Source of the DNA: an uncultured Pirellulales bacterium
GTDB lineage: Bacteria > Planctomycetota > Phycisphaerae > Sedimentisphaerales > Anaerohalosphaeraceae
Direction of reading: 5' to 3'
Assembly: GCA_964454745.1 (NCBI GenBank)
Contig: CAYVUI010000002.1
Span: forward strand, 27,643-91,642
DNA length: 64,000 bases
Part shown: in pieces, positions 26,726 to 36,012 of the stretch
Layout: each line of letters begins with the position of its first letter
How positions within the stretch are numbered: the first letter of the stretch is position 1
Translations under genes and position numbers: made by a program
The notes under the pieces: model-generated
Databases searched by the model: none
Told to the model about the DNA's origin: nothing
What the model saw: the letters and a program-made list of their open reading frames with translations, nothing else

Positions 26726-28021
26726 ATGCGAAATGATTTTGTCCTCCAATACGATCAGTCTGGATTCTCCGAGAACCTTGGCCGGCTGCGCAGCCGAATT
26801 CTCGAAGGCGCTTACTGGCCTTTAAACGATCCGCGTTACCAGTCCCTGCGGGAGATTATCGCCGCAGTGATCGAAAAAGGCGACCAGGCACTTGTAGAAT
26901 TTACCAGCAAGTTTGACAATACTGAGCTTGCTCCCGATCAATTTAAGGTAACCCCGGAGGCCATTAAAAAAGCCCACCAGCAGGTGGACGGCAAATTACT
27001 CAGCGCGATCAAACGCTCCATCGAGAACGTGCGAAAATATCAGAAGGAGATCTTTAACGGCAATTCCATCCCAGGCAAAGTAAAATACACTCCCATTGCG
27101 CAGGCGGGATTGTGTATCCCCGGGGCCTCCGCCCCGCTGCCAAGTACCGTGATTATGACCGCGGTACCCGCACAGGTAGCCGGGGTAAAAAACCTGACCC
27201 TGGTTTCACCACCGCGTTTTGAAGGATCGATTCATCCGGTCATTCTCGCGGTCTGCCATGAGCTTGGTATCACGGATGTATACCGAATCGGCGGAGCCCA
27301 CGCCGTCGCAGCCATGGCTTATGGTACGGAAACCATCGAGCGGGTTCAGAAAATCGTCGGTCCCGGCAACCAGTGGGTTCAACTGGCCAAGCGCGAGGTC
27401 TTCGGCCAGGTGGATATCGATTCCATCGCCGGCCCCAGTGAGGTATTGATTCTTGCCGGCGAGAAGGCCCGGCCCGACTGGATCGCCGCGGATATGCTAA
27501 GTCAGGCCGAACACGCACCCGGCAGCGCGATCGTATTTACAGATTCAGAAAAACTGGCGGAGAATATCCTTACCTGTCTCGAAGACCAGGTGCAGAGGCT
27601 CTCGCGCAGTGACGAAACCCTTGAATGCCTTGAGGCTTTTTCGGGGATCGTCGTCTTTAAAGACATCGACCAGGTGATCGAACACGCCAATGATTTCGCT
27701 ACCGAGCATCTGCAAATCCAGTTCGGCGATAAGTCCAATGCAGTCGCGGAACGGATTGAAAACGCAGGCGCGATCTTTATCGGGGAGTATACACCCGTCG
27801 CAACGGGCGATTACTTTGCCGGTCCCAGCCACACACTGCCGACTGGGATGAGTGCCAAGTTTTTCTCGCCGCTTTCATGCAATGATTTCGTAAAATCATC
27901 GAGCCTGATCCAGTACAGCCGGGAAAAACTGCTCGAAGACGCAGAGAATATCATCCAGATCGCAGAATGTGAAGGGCTCGACGCACACGCCAACAGCGTA
28001 CGGATTCGCACCAAGCCTTAG
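26726..28021 (+). CDS. hisD: histidinol dehydrogenase
   Basis: IVGPGNQWVQLAKREVFGQVDIDSIAGPSEVLILA, SQAEHAPGS, ATEHLQI, GPSHTLPT. Confidence 0.92.
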   Translation: MRNDFVLQYDQSGFSENLGRLRSRILEGAYWPLNDPRYQSLREIIAAVIEKGDQALVEFTSKFDNTELAPDQFKVTPEAIKKAHQQVDGKLLSAIKRSIENVRKYQKEIFNGNSIPGKVKYTPIAQAGLCIPGASAPLPSTVIMTAVPAQVAGVKNLTLVSPPRFEGSIHPVILAVCHELGITDVYRIGGAHAVAAMAYGTETIERVQKIVGPGNQWVQLAKREVFGQVDIDSIAGPSEVLILAGEKARPDWIAADMLSQAEHAPGSAIVFTDSEKLAENILTCLEDQVQRLSRSDETLECLEAFSGIVVFKDIDQVIEHANDFATEHLQIQFGDKSNAVAERIENAGAIFIGEYTPVATGDYFAGPSHTLPTGMSAKFFSPLSCNDFVKSSSLIQYSREKLLEDAENIIQIAECEGLDAHANSVRIRTKP

Positions 28022-28027
28022 AAGCTG

Positions 28028-28522
28028 TTACTCTTCGAGATCAACCTGAAGGATCTGGCCCATCTGCCCGGAAAGCTCCTCGATCTTGTCCTCATCCAAC
28101 TGGGGATTGACCACTTTCTGAAGCTCATCTTTGCCGCGCATCTTCAGCGACCAAATTTCGGCGCCGTTCTCGATTTTTGAGGATTCATAACGCAAAAGCC
28201 GTTTCCGCATCAGCACCAGCGTCAATACAAAACGAAAATTGAGTTTATCAGGGTCTGTCTCATCTGCCAGCCGTTCAAAAAAAGAGACCAGCATGTCATC
28301 ATCCACGAAGAGCTTTTTCTTTTCCGCTTCGGGTGTGCGGCGTGTCTTCCAGAAACAGTAGACGATCGGCTGGTGCTCGTTCCAGTATTCAAGAGAGAAA
28401 TCCTGTCTCTCCAGTCCCTCGGGCGTATCCACGAGAGCGGCGTAATAGTCCTGCCCCTCGGCAATTTCCTCTCCGGTTCCGCAACAATGCCCCAGCGGTT
28501 TTTTGATTTCCCATTCAGCCAT
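28028..28522 (-). CDS. hypothetical protein
   Basis: 164-aa ORF, last gene of a three-gene - strand run. No domain recognised. Confidence 0.55.
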   Translation of the reverse strand: MAEWEIKKPLGHCCGTGEEIAEGQDYYAALVDTPEGLERQDFSLEYWNEHQPIVYCFWKTRRTPEAEKKKLFVDDDMLVSFFERLADETDPDKLNFRFVLTLVLMRKRLLRYESSKIENGAEIWSLKMRGKDELQKVVNPQLDEDKIEELSGQMGQILQVDLEE

Positions 28523-28530
28523 ATCAGTTC

Positions 28531-28860
28531 TTACTCAAAGATCAATTCATCCTGAATTTTTTCTACGGTTTTCGGCCCGAAGCCGTGTATCTTCTGCAGG
28601 TCATTTGCCGCAACATATGCAGGCTTTCGCGGGGTGTTTTCACGATAATCAATCACGGACTGCGCCCTTGTCGGACCGATCCCCTCCAGGCGGGAAAGGC
28701 TGGCCGCACAGGCGGTATTCGGATTGATTCGGTCCTGGATGGCAAAATCGGCACCACTGCCTTTGGCCGCACCGGTTAGCACCGTCAATACCAAACAGCC
28801 TGCAAGAGCAGTAAAAATCAGAAAATGTAAGGAAGAAATTCGCATATCCAAATTTGACAA
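28531..28860 (-). CDS. ComEA-family helix-hairpin-helix DNA-binding protein
   Basis: Signal/anchor followed by two HhH motifs, LSRLEGIGPTRAQSVIDYR and LQKIHGFGPKTVEKI. Confidence 0.8.
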   Translation of the reverse strand: MSNLDMRISSLHFLIFTALAGCLVLTVLTGAAKGSGADFAIQDRINPNTACAASLSRLEGIGPTRAQSVIDYRENTPRKPAYVAANDLQKIHGFGPKTVEKIQDELIFE

Positions 28861-28907
28861 ACCCCGCTGCCGTCTTGTTCACATCAGGCGAGGATTTACA
28901 TCTCCGC

Positions 28908-30386
28908 TTATTTTCGCAATATCGTTTTTTGAATCTTCGCCAGGGACATATAAGCCTTTTTGGGTTTGCAGTCCTTGGTCAGCAACCCGCTGCCGGGCAC
29001 GAGAATGCCCTTGCCGTCGGCCAGGTTCGCATAGGTAACGGAATTGACGAACGGTTTGCCCAACGCGACCTTGTAAAACTGTTCGATCCACTCACTTTGA
29101 AGCTGCTGGTCCCATTCGTGATGCCAGATACCGCTTTGTTCACTGGTCTTGCCGAGGATCATGCTGCCGTCCGGCACGGAAACCTCCGTAATATGCAGCG
29201 GTTTGGGAACCGGCACAAAACTATCCAGCTTGGAGGAAAGCTGCATCATATCCCGCAAATGCATCCCGAGCTTATTGAGCCCGAAATTTACCTGTAGACC
29301 GAACGCGTCGAAACTGATCCCGCTCTGGATCACGGTATCCACATAAATCAGCGGCGGCACGGTTTCCTTTTTCACCGAGTAATACTCACCCCAGGGATAC
29401 ACCAGCTCAACCACTTTACGGGAACGCGACTCCGCACTCTTGGCAGCCAGGCAGGCGGCACGGGTCATTTCGATCGCCTGTTCAAAGTTCATGCCAAACA
29501 GGTTGTCGCAGTTCATTCCGCTGATCACCCGCCAGGTATGGACATAATTTCGATACCTGTGAACCAGGGTCGATATAAAGTGATAACACGCCTCTCGCAG
29601 CTTGCCGAAATCCCGCTTTTTATCCAGCAGCCAGGGCGGGAGCATATCCTTGCGGAACCGAATCAGCGGTCCAGCACAGACGGCAACACGCCGGCCGGCA
29701 AGCTGATCGATGCATTTGTCAATATAAGTAAAATCAAACTGTCCCTTTTCTTTCTCGATCTTTGCCCAGTTGATGGGAATCGTTACATAACCAAAGAGGT
29801 CCAGAAGAGCCTTGCGGTATGCTTCATTGAACATAAGATCCGGTGAGAGCACACAGCCGAGGGTATGTTTGCCCAGGTTGCGGCTCTTGCAGCGAAGACT
29901 GAGAAAATGCTCGCCGTGTCGCACCGCAAAAGCCTCCGAAAACGACATCGCCTGGTACAGCGACTGATCGGCCAGCGAAGCGGCCTTTTCGGGCTCATCG
30001 ATATGTTTGACCGCGTCGATAAAAAACTCCATCGCGGCCTTGATCTGCTGGGACTGTTCGGGCGTTTCCTCAAAAACAGCCCAATCCTCGCGTTTGAGGG
30101 TAATTTGCATGAGCTTGGCCCGAGCCAGCTCAACATTGAGATTATACGGCGTTTCACGGGCCGGCAGACAGGTCGTATGAAGCATCACTTTGCCAAATCC
30201 ATGGACCTCCCACAGCAGCGCAAGGCCTGCCGATTCCGCAGAGCGCTTCGTACAGATGATCCGGCCGTCGTCAAACTCGATCGTGTTGGCGGAAGAAAGC
30301 GCAACTGTATCTCCCCCAAAGAGATAGCACGCACCGAGGCGGTAATCCTTATTTAATTTGCCGTCCTTGTAAACCTCGAATTTCAA
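28908..30386 (-). CDS. glycoside hydrolase family 10-like TIM-barrel protein (tentative)
   Basis: INWAKIEKEKGQFDFTYIDKCI resembles the GH10 'W..iEp..G.f.f..aD' segment, and HITEVSV resembles the nucleophile ITELD motif. The acid/base 'NE' motif is not obvious. There is an extra ~160-aa N-terminal domain. Confidence 0.4.
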   Translation of the reverse strand: MKFEVYKDGKLNKDYRLGACYLFGGDTVALSSANTIEFDDGRIICTKRSAESAGLALLWEVHGFGKVMLHTTCLPARETPYNLNVELARAKLMQITLKREDWAVFEETPEQSQQIKAAMEFFIDAVKHIDEPEKAASLADQSLYQAMSFSEAFAVRHGEHFLSLRCKSRNLGKHTLGCVLSPDLMFNEAYRKALLDLFGYVTIPINWAKIEKEKGQFDFTYIDKCIDQLAGRRVAVCAGPLIRFRKDMLPPWLLDKKRDFGKLREACYHFISTLVHRYRNYVHTWRVISGMNCDNLFGMNFEQAIEMTRAACLAAKSAESRSRKVVELVYPWGEYYSVKKETVPPLIYVDTVIQSGISFDAFGLQVNFGLNKLGMHLRDMMQLSSKLDSFVPVPKPLHITEVSVPDGSMILGKTSEQSGIWHHEWDQQLQSEWIEQFYKVALGKPFVNSVTYANLADGKGILVPGSGLLTKDCKPKKAYMSLAKIQKTILRK

Positions 30387-30540
30387 TCGGTCACCGTTGA
30401 GTTTAATATCTGTATTTGTTTGTCAAAGTCGTATTGCTTCTAAAGGCAGGGATTATAGCATTTGCCGCTCAATAATGCAAAACCCTTCCTGAGGAAGGGT
30501 AAAATTGTGGGTTTTTTAGACCTGAAAGAAAAGCAGAAAA

Positions 30541-30577
30541 TTAAAAAAATCCGAAATTAATAGGAATTTTCGGATTT
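30541..30577 (-). terminator. rho-independent terminator-like hairpin on the - strand inside a divergent intergenic region
   Basis: AAATCCGAAA (30547-30556) pairs with TTTCGGATTT (30568-30577) across an 11-nt loop. On the - strand the stem is followed by four more T (A-run 30543-30546 on +). Confidence 0.4.
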
Positions 30578-30682
30578 GATAAGAAGCACCTGAAATTCGG
30601 TTGACAAGTTAGGAGAGACTTATTATGTTTGACAAGGCTTTATTGCGAATTAAACAGTGTATCTGGATAAGGAAATGCTTCA

Positions 30683-31447
30683 TTGGGCACTGAAGCGAAA
30701 ATACTAAGTGCAAGCCTGGAAAATTATCTCGAGGCCATCTACCAGATTGTCTCGGAAAAAGGCGGCGTTCGCGCGAAGGATATTGCCAAATCGCTGGGTG
30801 TAAAAGCCGGGTCGGTCACCACGGCACTGCAGACTCTCGCAGAGGGTGAATACATCAACTATCAGCCTTACGAAGTGATCTCCCTGACTGAAAAAGGCCA
30901 GCAGGAAGCCAAAGAAATCGTCCGTAAACACGAAATATTAAAGGATTTCTTCACCGAAATACTCGGCGCAAGCCCCAAAGCCGCTGAAACCGGTGCCTGC
31001 GAGATCGAGCATGTGATTCCGGAGGAAGTGCTGTCACGCCTGATCCGCTTCACCGAATTTGTCCAGGCGTGCCCGCGATGCGGAAACGGGCTCATTGAGC
31101 GGTTCCATGATTATTATCAGAAGAATGAAATGTGTGATTCAAAGGAATGCAAAACCTGTGTAAACGAGGGAATCGCCGGACTAGAACAGGAAAAACAGCG
31201 ATTAGGCAATTCAGGCAAACATCTGCGGCTGGCAGACATTGAGGTCGGCAGCCGATGCGTAGTCAAAGGCATCGGGCAAAAAGGGGCCTCACGCCAGCGG
31301 CTGGTAGAAATGGGTATCAGCCGGGGAGCTGTAGTCGAGGTGGAGCGGGTTGCACCGCTGGGCGACCCAATCGAAGTAAAGGTAAAAGGATACCATCTCT
31401 CGATCCGCAAGGAAGAGGCGGTGAATATCGAGGTGGAGCAGGCATAA
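30683..31447 (+). CDS. DtxR/MntR-family metal-dependent repressor fused to a FeoA-like domain
   Basis: TTG start with AAGGAAA 9 nt upstream. LSASLENYLEAIYQI...GGVRAKDIAKSLGV HTH, ACEIEH dimerisation/metal site, a Cys-rich linker, and a C-terminal FeoA/SH3-like VGSRCVVKGI...LVEMGISRGAVVEV. Confidence 0.85.
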   Translation: MGTEAKILSASLENYLEAIYQIVSEKGGVRAKDIAKSLGVKAGSVTTALQTLAEGEYINYQPYEVISLTEKGQQEAKEIVRKHEILKDFFTEILGASPKAAETGACEIEHVIPEEVLSRLIRFTEFVQACPRCGNGLIERFHDYYQKNEMCDSKECKTCVNEGIAGLEQEKQRLGNSGKHLRLADIEVGSRCVVKGIGQKGASRQRLVEMGISRGAVVEVERVAPLGDPIEVKVKGYHLSIRKEEAVNIEVEQA

Positions 31448-31506
31448 AAAAATTTAAACAAAAAGTACGCCGCAACAAACATTCAGACTCGTAGAAGGAT
31501 AAAAAG

Positions 31507-33573
31507 TTGGAAAAACGTACCATCACAGTAGCATTGGCTGGAAACCCAAACAGCGGCAAGACCACGGTATTCAACGCGCTGACCGGATCGCGGCAGCATG
31601 TCGGCAATTACCCCGGTGTTACCGTAGAGAAAAAGGAGGGAACACGGGACTATAAGGGATATCGTATCCGCTTTGTCGATTTGCCGGGCACGTACAGCCT
31701 GACGGCACATTCGATTGAAGAGGTCGTCGCTCGGGATTTCATCATCAATGAGCACCCCGACGTCGTGGTCGATATCGTGGATGCCTCCAATTTTGAGCGG
31801 AACCTGTACCTGGCAACCCAGGTGCTCGAGCTTAATGTGCCGATGGTGCTGGCCCTGAATATGGCGGACGTCGCAGCCAAGCAGGGCCTGACTTTTGACG
31901 GCGAGGCCATCGGGGAATACTTCCGGGCTAATGTGGTCTTTACGGTCGGCTCCAAAGGTGAAGGGATCAACCAGTTGCTCGATGCGGTCATCGCAAAGGC
32001 CGAGCAGACCGAGCAGCCAGAAGGAATCAACGCGATCCATTACAGCAATGACATCGAGAGAGAACTCGAGAAAATTGAGCCGCTGGTCAGTAAAGAGCAC
32101 AAGCTGGCGGTAAAGTACGGCACTCGCTGGCTAAGCCTGAAACTCCTCGAAAGTGATCAGCAAATCCTGGAACTCGGCCACAAACCGGAAGTGATCGAGG
32201 CGGTGAACAAAAGCATCGCCCATCTTGAGATGCTCTACTCGGACAGCCCGGAAATCCTCGTTGCGGAAAAACGCTACGGCTTCGTTTCCGGCGTGTATGA
32301 AAAAGCAGTAAAGCACAGCGTTCAGCAGCGGCACCAGATCAGCGACCAGGTAGACAAAGTGCTGCTCAACCGCGTACTGGGCCTGCCGATCTTTCTCGGG
32401 ATGATGTACCTGGTATTTAAGTTTACCTTTTGGGTGGGCGATCCGCTGATGACTTTTATTGAGTCGGGCTTTGACTTGCTGGCTGGTTTTATTTCCGGAT
32501 TCTGGCCCGAGGGGTCTGACAGCCTGCTGCGGTCCCTGCTCGTAGACGGCATCATCGCCGGGGTGGGCGGGGTTGTTGTATTTTTGCCGAATATCGTACT
32601 GTTATTTTTAGCGATTTCCCTGTTAGAAGATACGGGCTATATGGCTCGGGCCGCGTTTTTAATGGACCGGGTAATGAAAAAAATCGGCCTGCACGGGCGA
32701 AGCTTTATCCCGATGATGATCGGTTTTGGCTGCTCGGTTCCGGCCATCATGGGCACGCGGATCCTTGAGGACCGCAAAAGCCGACTGGCGACGATTATGG
32801 TGCTGCCGCTGATGAGCTGCGGGGCAAGGCTTCCGATTTATGCATTGATTATTCCCGCGTTTTTCCTGCCCCGGTGGCACGGTCTGATGATGTGGATCAT
32901 CTACATGATCGGCATCGGCCTGGCCATTGTGCTGGCAATGCTGCTTCGGCGTTCGCTCTTAAAAGGAGAAAGCGGTGCCTTTTTAATGGAACTGCCGCCC
33001 TACCGAATGCCGACGATGCGCGGGCTGTTTATCCACATGTGGGAACGCAGCTGGCTGTACCTGAAAAAGGCAGGGACGATTATCCTTTTGATCTCGATCC
33101 TGATGTGGGGCATGATGACATTTCCCCAGGCCAGCGAGGAGCAGTTCGTAGATCTCAATCCGGAAGACGCAGCCCAGGCCCAACTACAGCATTCTATCGC
33201 CGGCCGTGTCGGCAAGGCCATGGAACCGGTGATCGCACCGATGGGGTTTGATTACCGAATCGGTACGGCTCTGATCGGGGCGGTTGCGGCCAAGGAATTA
33301 TTCGTAGCCCAACTGGGTATCGTTTTTTCTCTCGGTGAGGCGGACGAAGATTCCCAGTCGCTGCGGAGTAAACTCAAAGCAAACTATACCCCGCTTCAGG
33401 GCTTCTGCGTGATGTTGTTTTGCCTGATCAGCGCGCCGTGCATGGCGACACTTGCCATTTGCAGGCGGGAAACCAATTCCTGGAAATGGGCACTTTTCCA
33501 GTTCGGGGGATTGACCGCGATAGCCTATGTCATTACCGTGGCGGTATATCAAGTAGGCAGAATGGTATTCTAA
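31507..33573 (+). CDS. feoB: ferrous iron transporter FeoB
   Basis: G-domain GNPNSGKTTVFNALTG, DLPGTYSL, NMAD, followed by a polytopic membrane domain. TTG start with a GAAGGA RBS. Confidence 0.92.
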   Translation: MEKRTITVALAGNPNSGKTTVFNALTGSRQHVGNYPGVTVEKKEGTRDYKGYRIRFVDLPGTYSLTAHSIEEVVARDFIINEHPDVVVDIVDASNFERNLYLATQVLELNVPMVLALNMADVAAKQGLTFDGEAIGEYFRANVVFTVGSKGEGINQLLDAVIAKAEQTEQPEGINAIHYSNDIERELEKIEPLVSKEHKLAVKYGTRWLSLKLLESDQQILELGHKPEVIEAVNKSIAHLEMLYSDSPEILVAEKRYGFVSGVYEKAVKHSVQQRHQISDQVDKVLLNRVLGLPIFLGMMYLVFKFTFWVGDPLMTFIESGFDLLAGFISGFWPEGSDSLLRSLLVDGIIAGVGGVVVFLPNIVLLFLAISLLEDTGYMARAAFLMDRVMKKIGLHGRSFIPMMIGFGCSVPAIMGTRILEDRKSRLATIMVLPLMSCGARLPIYALIIPAFFLPRWHGLMMWIIYMIGIGLAIVLAMLLRRSLLKGESGAFLMELPPYRMPTMRGLFIHMWERSWLYLKKAGTIILLISILMWGMMTFPQASEEQFVDLNPEDAAQAQLQHSIAGRVGKAMEPVIAPMGFDYRIGTALIGAVAAKELFVAQLGIVFSLGEADEDSQSLRSKLKANYTPLQGFCVMLFCLISAPCMATLAICRRETNSWKWALFQFGGLTAIAYVITVAVYQVGRMVF

Positions 33574-33594
33574 TGACATAAAAAGGGAGAAGGC

Positions 33595-34821
33595 ATGAAT
33601 CGTTTTTGTATCACATGGATTGTGATAAGCTGTACACTTCTGTATACCGCAACGGTTTTGGGGCAGGACTCTTCAGCGAATTCAAATCAGTCGGGGCTTT
33701 TTGAACAGGACGGCATCGAGATGTCGATCGGGGTCACCAATGTATGGCAGCGGAACCTAAAGGGCGGCCTGCGCACCAGTGACCGCAGCGGGGAATTTTC
33801 CGGCAGTTACGACCTGGAGGTAGGCTTTGACCTGGATACCCTGTTTGATACCCCCGGAATTGTATTCATGCACATGGAAGGAAGCTGGCCTGATGAAATT
33901 GGAATTGACGGCGACAGCATCGGCAGCATCTTCGGTGTAAACGACGCAGCCGGCTCAGGCCGATGGTGGGACATCGTGGAGTTGTGGTATGAAGGCAAGC
34001 TTTGGGATACCGTCACATTTCGAGCCGGTAAAATTGACCTGACCGGGGGCGTAGAATTTAACGGCTTTCCGGCGGCATTTGACGGCAGCGCATTTGCCAA
34101 CGACGAGACCACACAGTTTTTAAACGGAGCATTGGTCAATAATCCCGCGATTCCCTTCCCGGATGAGGGTCTCGGGCTGTTTGTGTTTTACGAACTGTCG
34201 GACTCCCTTTATTTCAGCGCAGCCGCAGCCGATGCAAAAGCGGACGCGACCCGCGCGGGTTTCTCGACAACTTTTGACGGAAATGCCGACTTTATTTACC
34301 TCTTTGAAACAGGAATGACCGCGGAACTGGATTCCGCCCGAGGCCCGCTGGCTGGGGCTTACCGGATCGGCATGTGGTACGATCCTCAGGCAAAATCGTA
34401 CGAAGACGGTGGACCGGAAAAGCACGATGATACCGGATTTTATCTCTCATTTGACCAGATGATCCTAAAAGAGAACGACCTTGCAGAAGATTCACAGGGC
34501 GCGGGCATGTTCTTTCGGTATGGCTATGCAGACGAAGAGAGAAACGCATTGAGCCATTTCTGGAGCCTTGGAGTGCGGTACCAGGGCCTGATCGAAAACC
34601 GCGATGAGGATGTCGCGGGCTTTGGCTTTGCCCAGGGCCGGGTCAGCGATCTTTCCAGCGAATACACCCAGGATGATGAGAGCGTATTTGAGGCATATTA
34701 CAACGCGTATATAAGCGATCACCTTCAGATCAGCCCGTCACTGCAATATGTAATCCATCCCGGGGCAGTGGATACACCGGATGCCGTGATCGCCGCGGTG
34801 CGTGTACAAATGGTATTTTGA
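33595..34821 (+). CDS. OprB-family (carbohydrate-selective-type) outer-membrane porin
   Basis: Signal peptide. C-terminal FEAYYNAYISDHLQISPSLQYVIHPG matches the OprB-family terminal strands. GGGAGAAGG RBS, 21 nt after feoB. Confidence 0.7.
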   Translation: MNRFCITWIVISCTLLYTATVLGQDSSANSNQSGLFEQDGIEMSIGVTNVWQRNLKGGLRTSDRSGEFSGSYDLEVGFDLDTLFDTPGIVFMHMEGSWPDEIGIDGDSIGSIFGVNDAAGSGRWWDIVELWYEGKLWDTVTFRAGKIDLTGGVEFNGFPAAFDGSAFANDETTQFLNGALVNNPAIPFPDEGLGLFVFYELSDSLYFSAAAADAKADATRAGFSTTFDGNADFIYLFETGMTAELDSARGPLAGAYRIGMWYDPQAKSYEDGGPEKHDDTGFYLSFDQMILKENDLAEDSQGAGMFFRYGYADEERNALSHFWSLGVRYQGLIENRDEDVAGFGFAQGRVSDLSSEYTQDDESVFEAYYNAYISDHLQISPSLQYVIHPGAVDTPDAVIAAVRVQMVF

Positions 34822-34833
34822 CGGCGGGACTTT

Positions 34834-35304
34834 TTAAAAAGTGGGTTTGGCCGCCGCGTCCGCCAGGGAAAGGTGCTTTAGCTGATTGCGGTGGAGCTGA
34901 TTGTTCTTGTCAATCAGCCGGCCGACCAGGGCCGCCATAGAGATAATCATCTCGATGGTGTCAATATTGGCCATTGTGGATTCAGGACCATAGCCCGGCA
35001 GAAAAACCAGCAGGTAACCGCAGTCGATCTGTCCGACGGCAAGCTGGGTCGCGACCATGGCATAATCCTCCACCTGGGTCACAACGGGGTCACCGCCGTC
35101 GTCGATACGGGAGATAATGCTGTCAAGATGAGACGTCTTATCAAGGAGTTCATGCATGCGGGTATCATTTTCCGGCCAACGTCCGCCGTTTTCGTCAACA
35201 ATAGCGAAAAGCGGGCTGTGCTCACCACAAAGACTTGTCAGTTCACGAATGATCTGCTCGTTGAGCATCGCATTGGATGAAAAAAGTTCCTCATAGATAT
35301 CCAT
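34834..35304 (-). CDS. hypothetical protein
   Basis: ORF 34834..35313. The second ATG (35304) has GAGGA at good spacing. No domain recognised. Confidence 0.5.
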   Translation of the reverse strand: MDIYEELFSSNAMLNEQIIRELTSLCGEHSPLFAIVDENGGRWPENDTRMHELLDKTSHLDSIISRIDDGGDPVVTQVEDYAMVATQLAVGQIDCGYLLVFLPGYGPESTMANIDTIEMIISMAALVGRLIDKNNQLHRNQLKHLSLADAAAKPTF

Positions 35305-35519
35305 AATTATCATCCTCGATATTTTACTGATTTTGCGGCAATACGCCGGATATTCGGCATTTGCCTTTACCCACAGAGGCCTTATCCTGTTTCCTTATGG
35401 ATATTTTTTCGGCATAATCAAAGTCTGACTTTTCAGAAGAAACCTTCTAATTAAGTAATAACCGTAAAAGATTGATATTTGCGGCTGACAAAGTGCGTTT
35501 TATCGGCCGTTAAGACCCA

Positions 35520-35954
35520 CTATTTGGGGGATTTGTTCTCGGAGGGATACTTGATCATCTGAATCTCATTGCCGGCGTCGTTGTATTTCACCTGGTCCAT
35601 GTAGGACTGAATCAGTAAGAGTCCGCGCCCGCAGGGTTTATAAAGGTTTTCCTTCAGGCGGGGGTCCGGCACGTCTGAGGGATTAAACCCGCTGCCGTCG
35701 TCTTTGATCCGGACATCGAACCATTGGGGGGTAATGGAATATCGAATGGTAATCTTGCGGGTCGGATCGTTTTCATTGCCGTGCTTGATGGCATTGACGA
35801 TCGCCTCCTCAAGGGCAAGATGGATGGCAAACAGGTCATCACGGGAAAAATCGCTTTCCCGGGCCTCGGTCAGCAGCTTTTCAAACACTCGGCCGATAGC
35901 GGAGCTTTCACTCTCGACAACGAGTGTCTTGTATTCGCTCGGATCGGATGCCAT
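35520..35954 (-). CDS. anti-sigma regulatory factor-type Ser/Thr kinase (RsbW/SpoIIAB-like, HATPase_c)
   Basis: N-box EEAIVNAIKHGN, G1 KDDGSGFNP, G2 GRGLLLI. Confidence 0.85.
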   Translation of the reverse strand: MASDPSEYKTLVVESESSAIGRVFEKLLTEARESDFSRDDLFAIHLALEEAIVNAIKHGNENDPTRKITIRYSITPQWFDVRIKDDGSGFNPSDVPDPRLKENLYKPCGRGLLLIQSYMDQVKYNDAGNEIQMIKYPSENKSPK

Positions 35955-36012
35955 GACGCGGTTTATCCTTCCATTTTAAAGGCCCTAAAGTGTTATCCGG
36001 GCCTGGATACAA

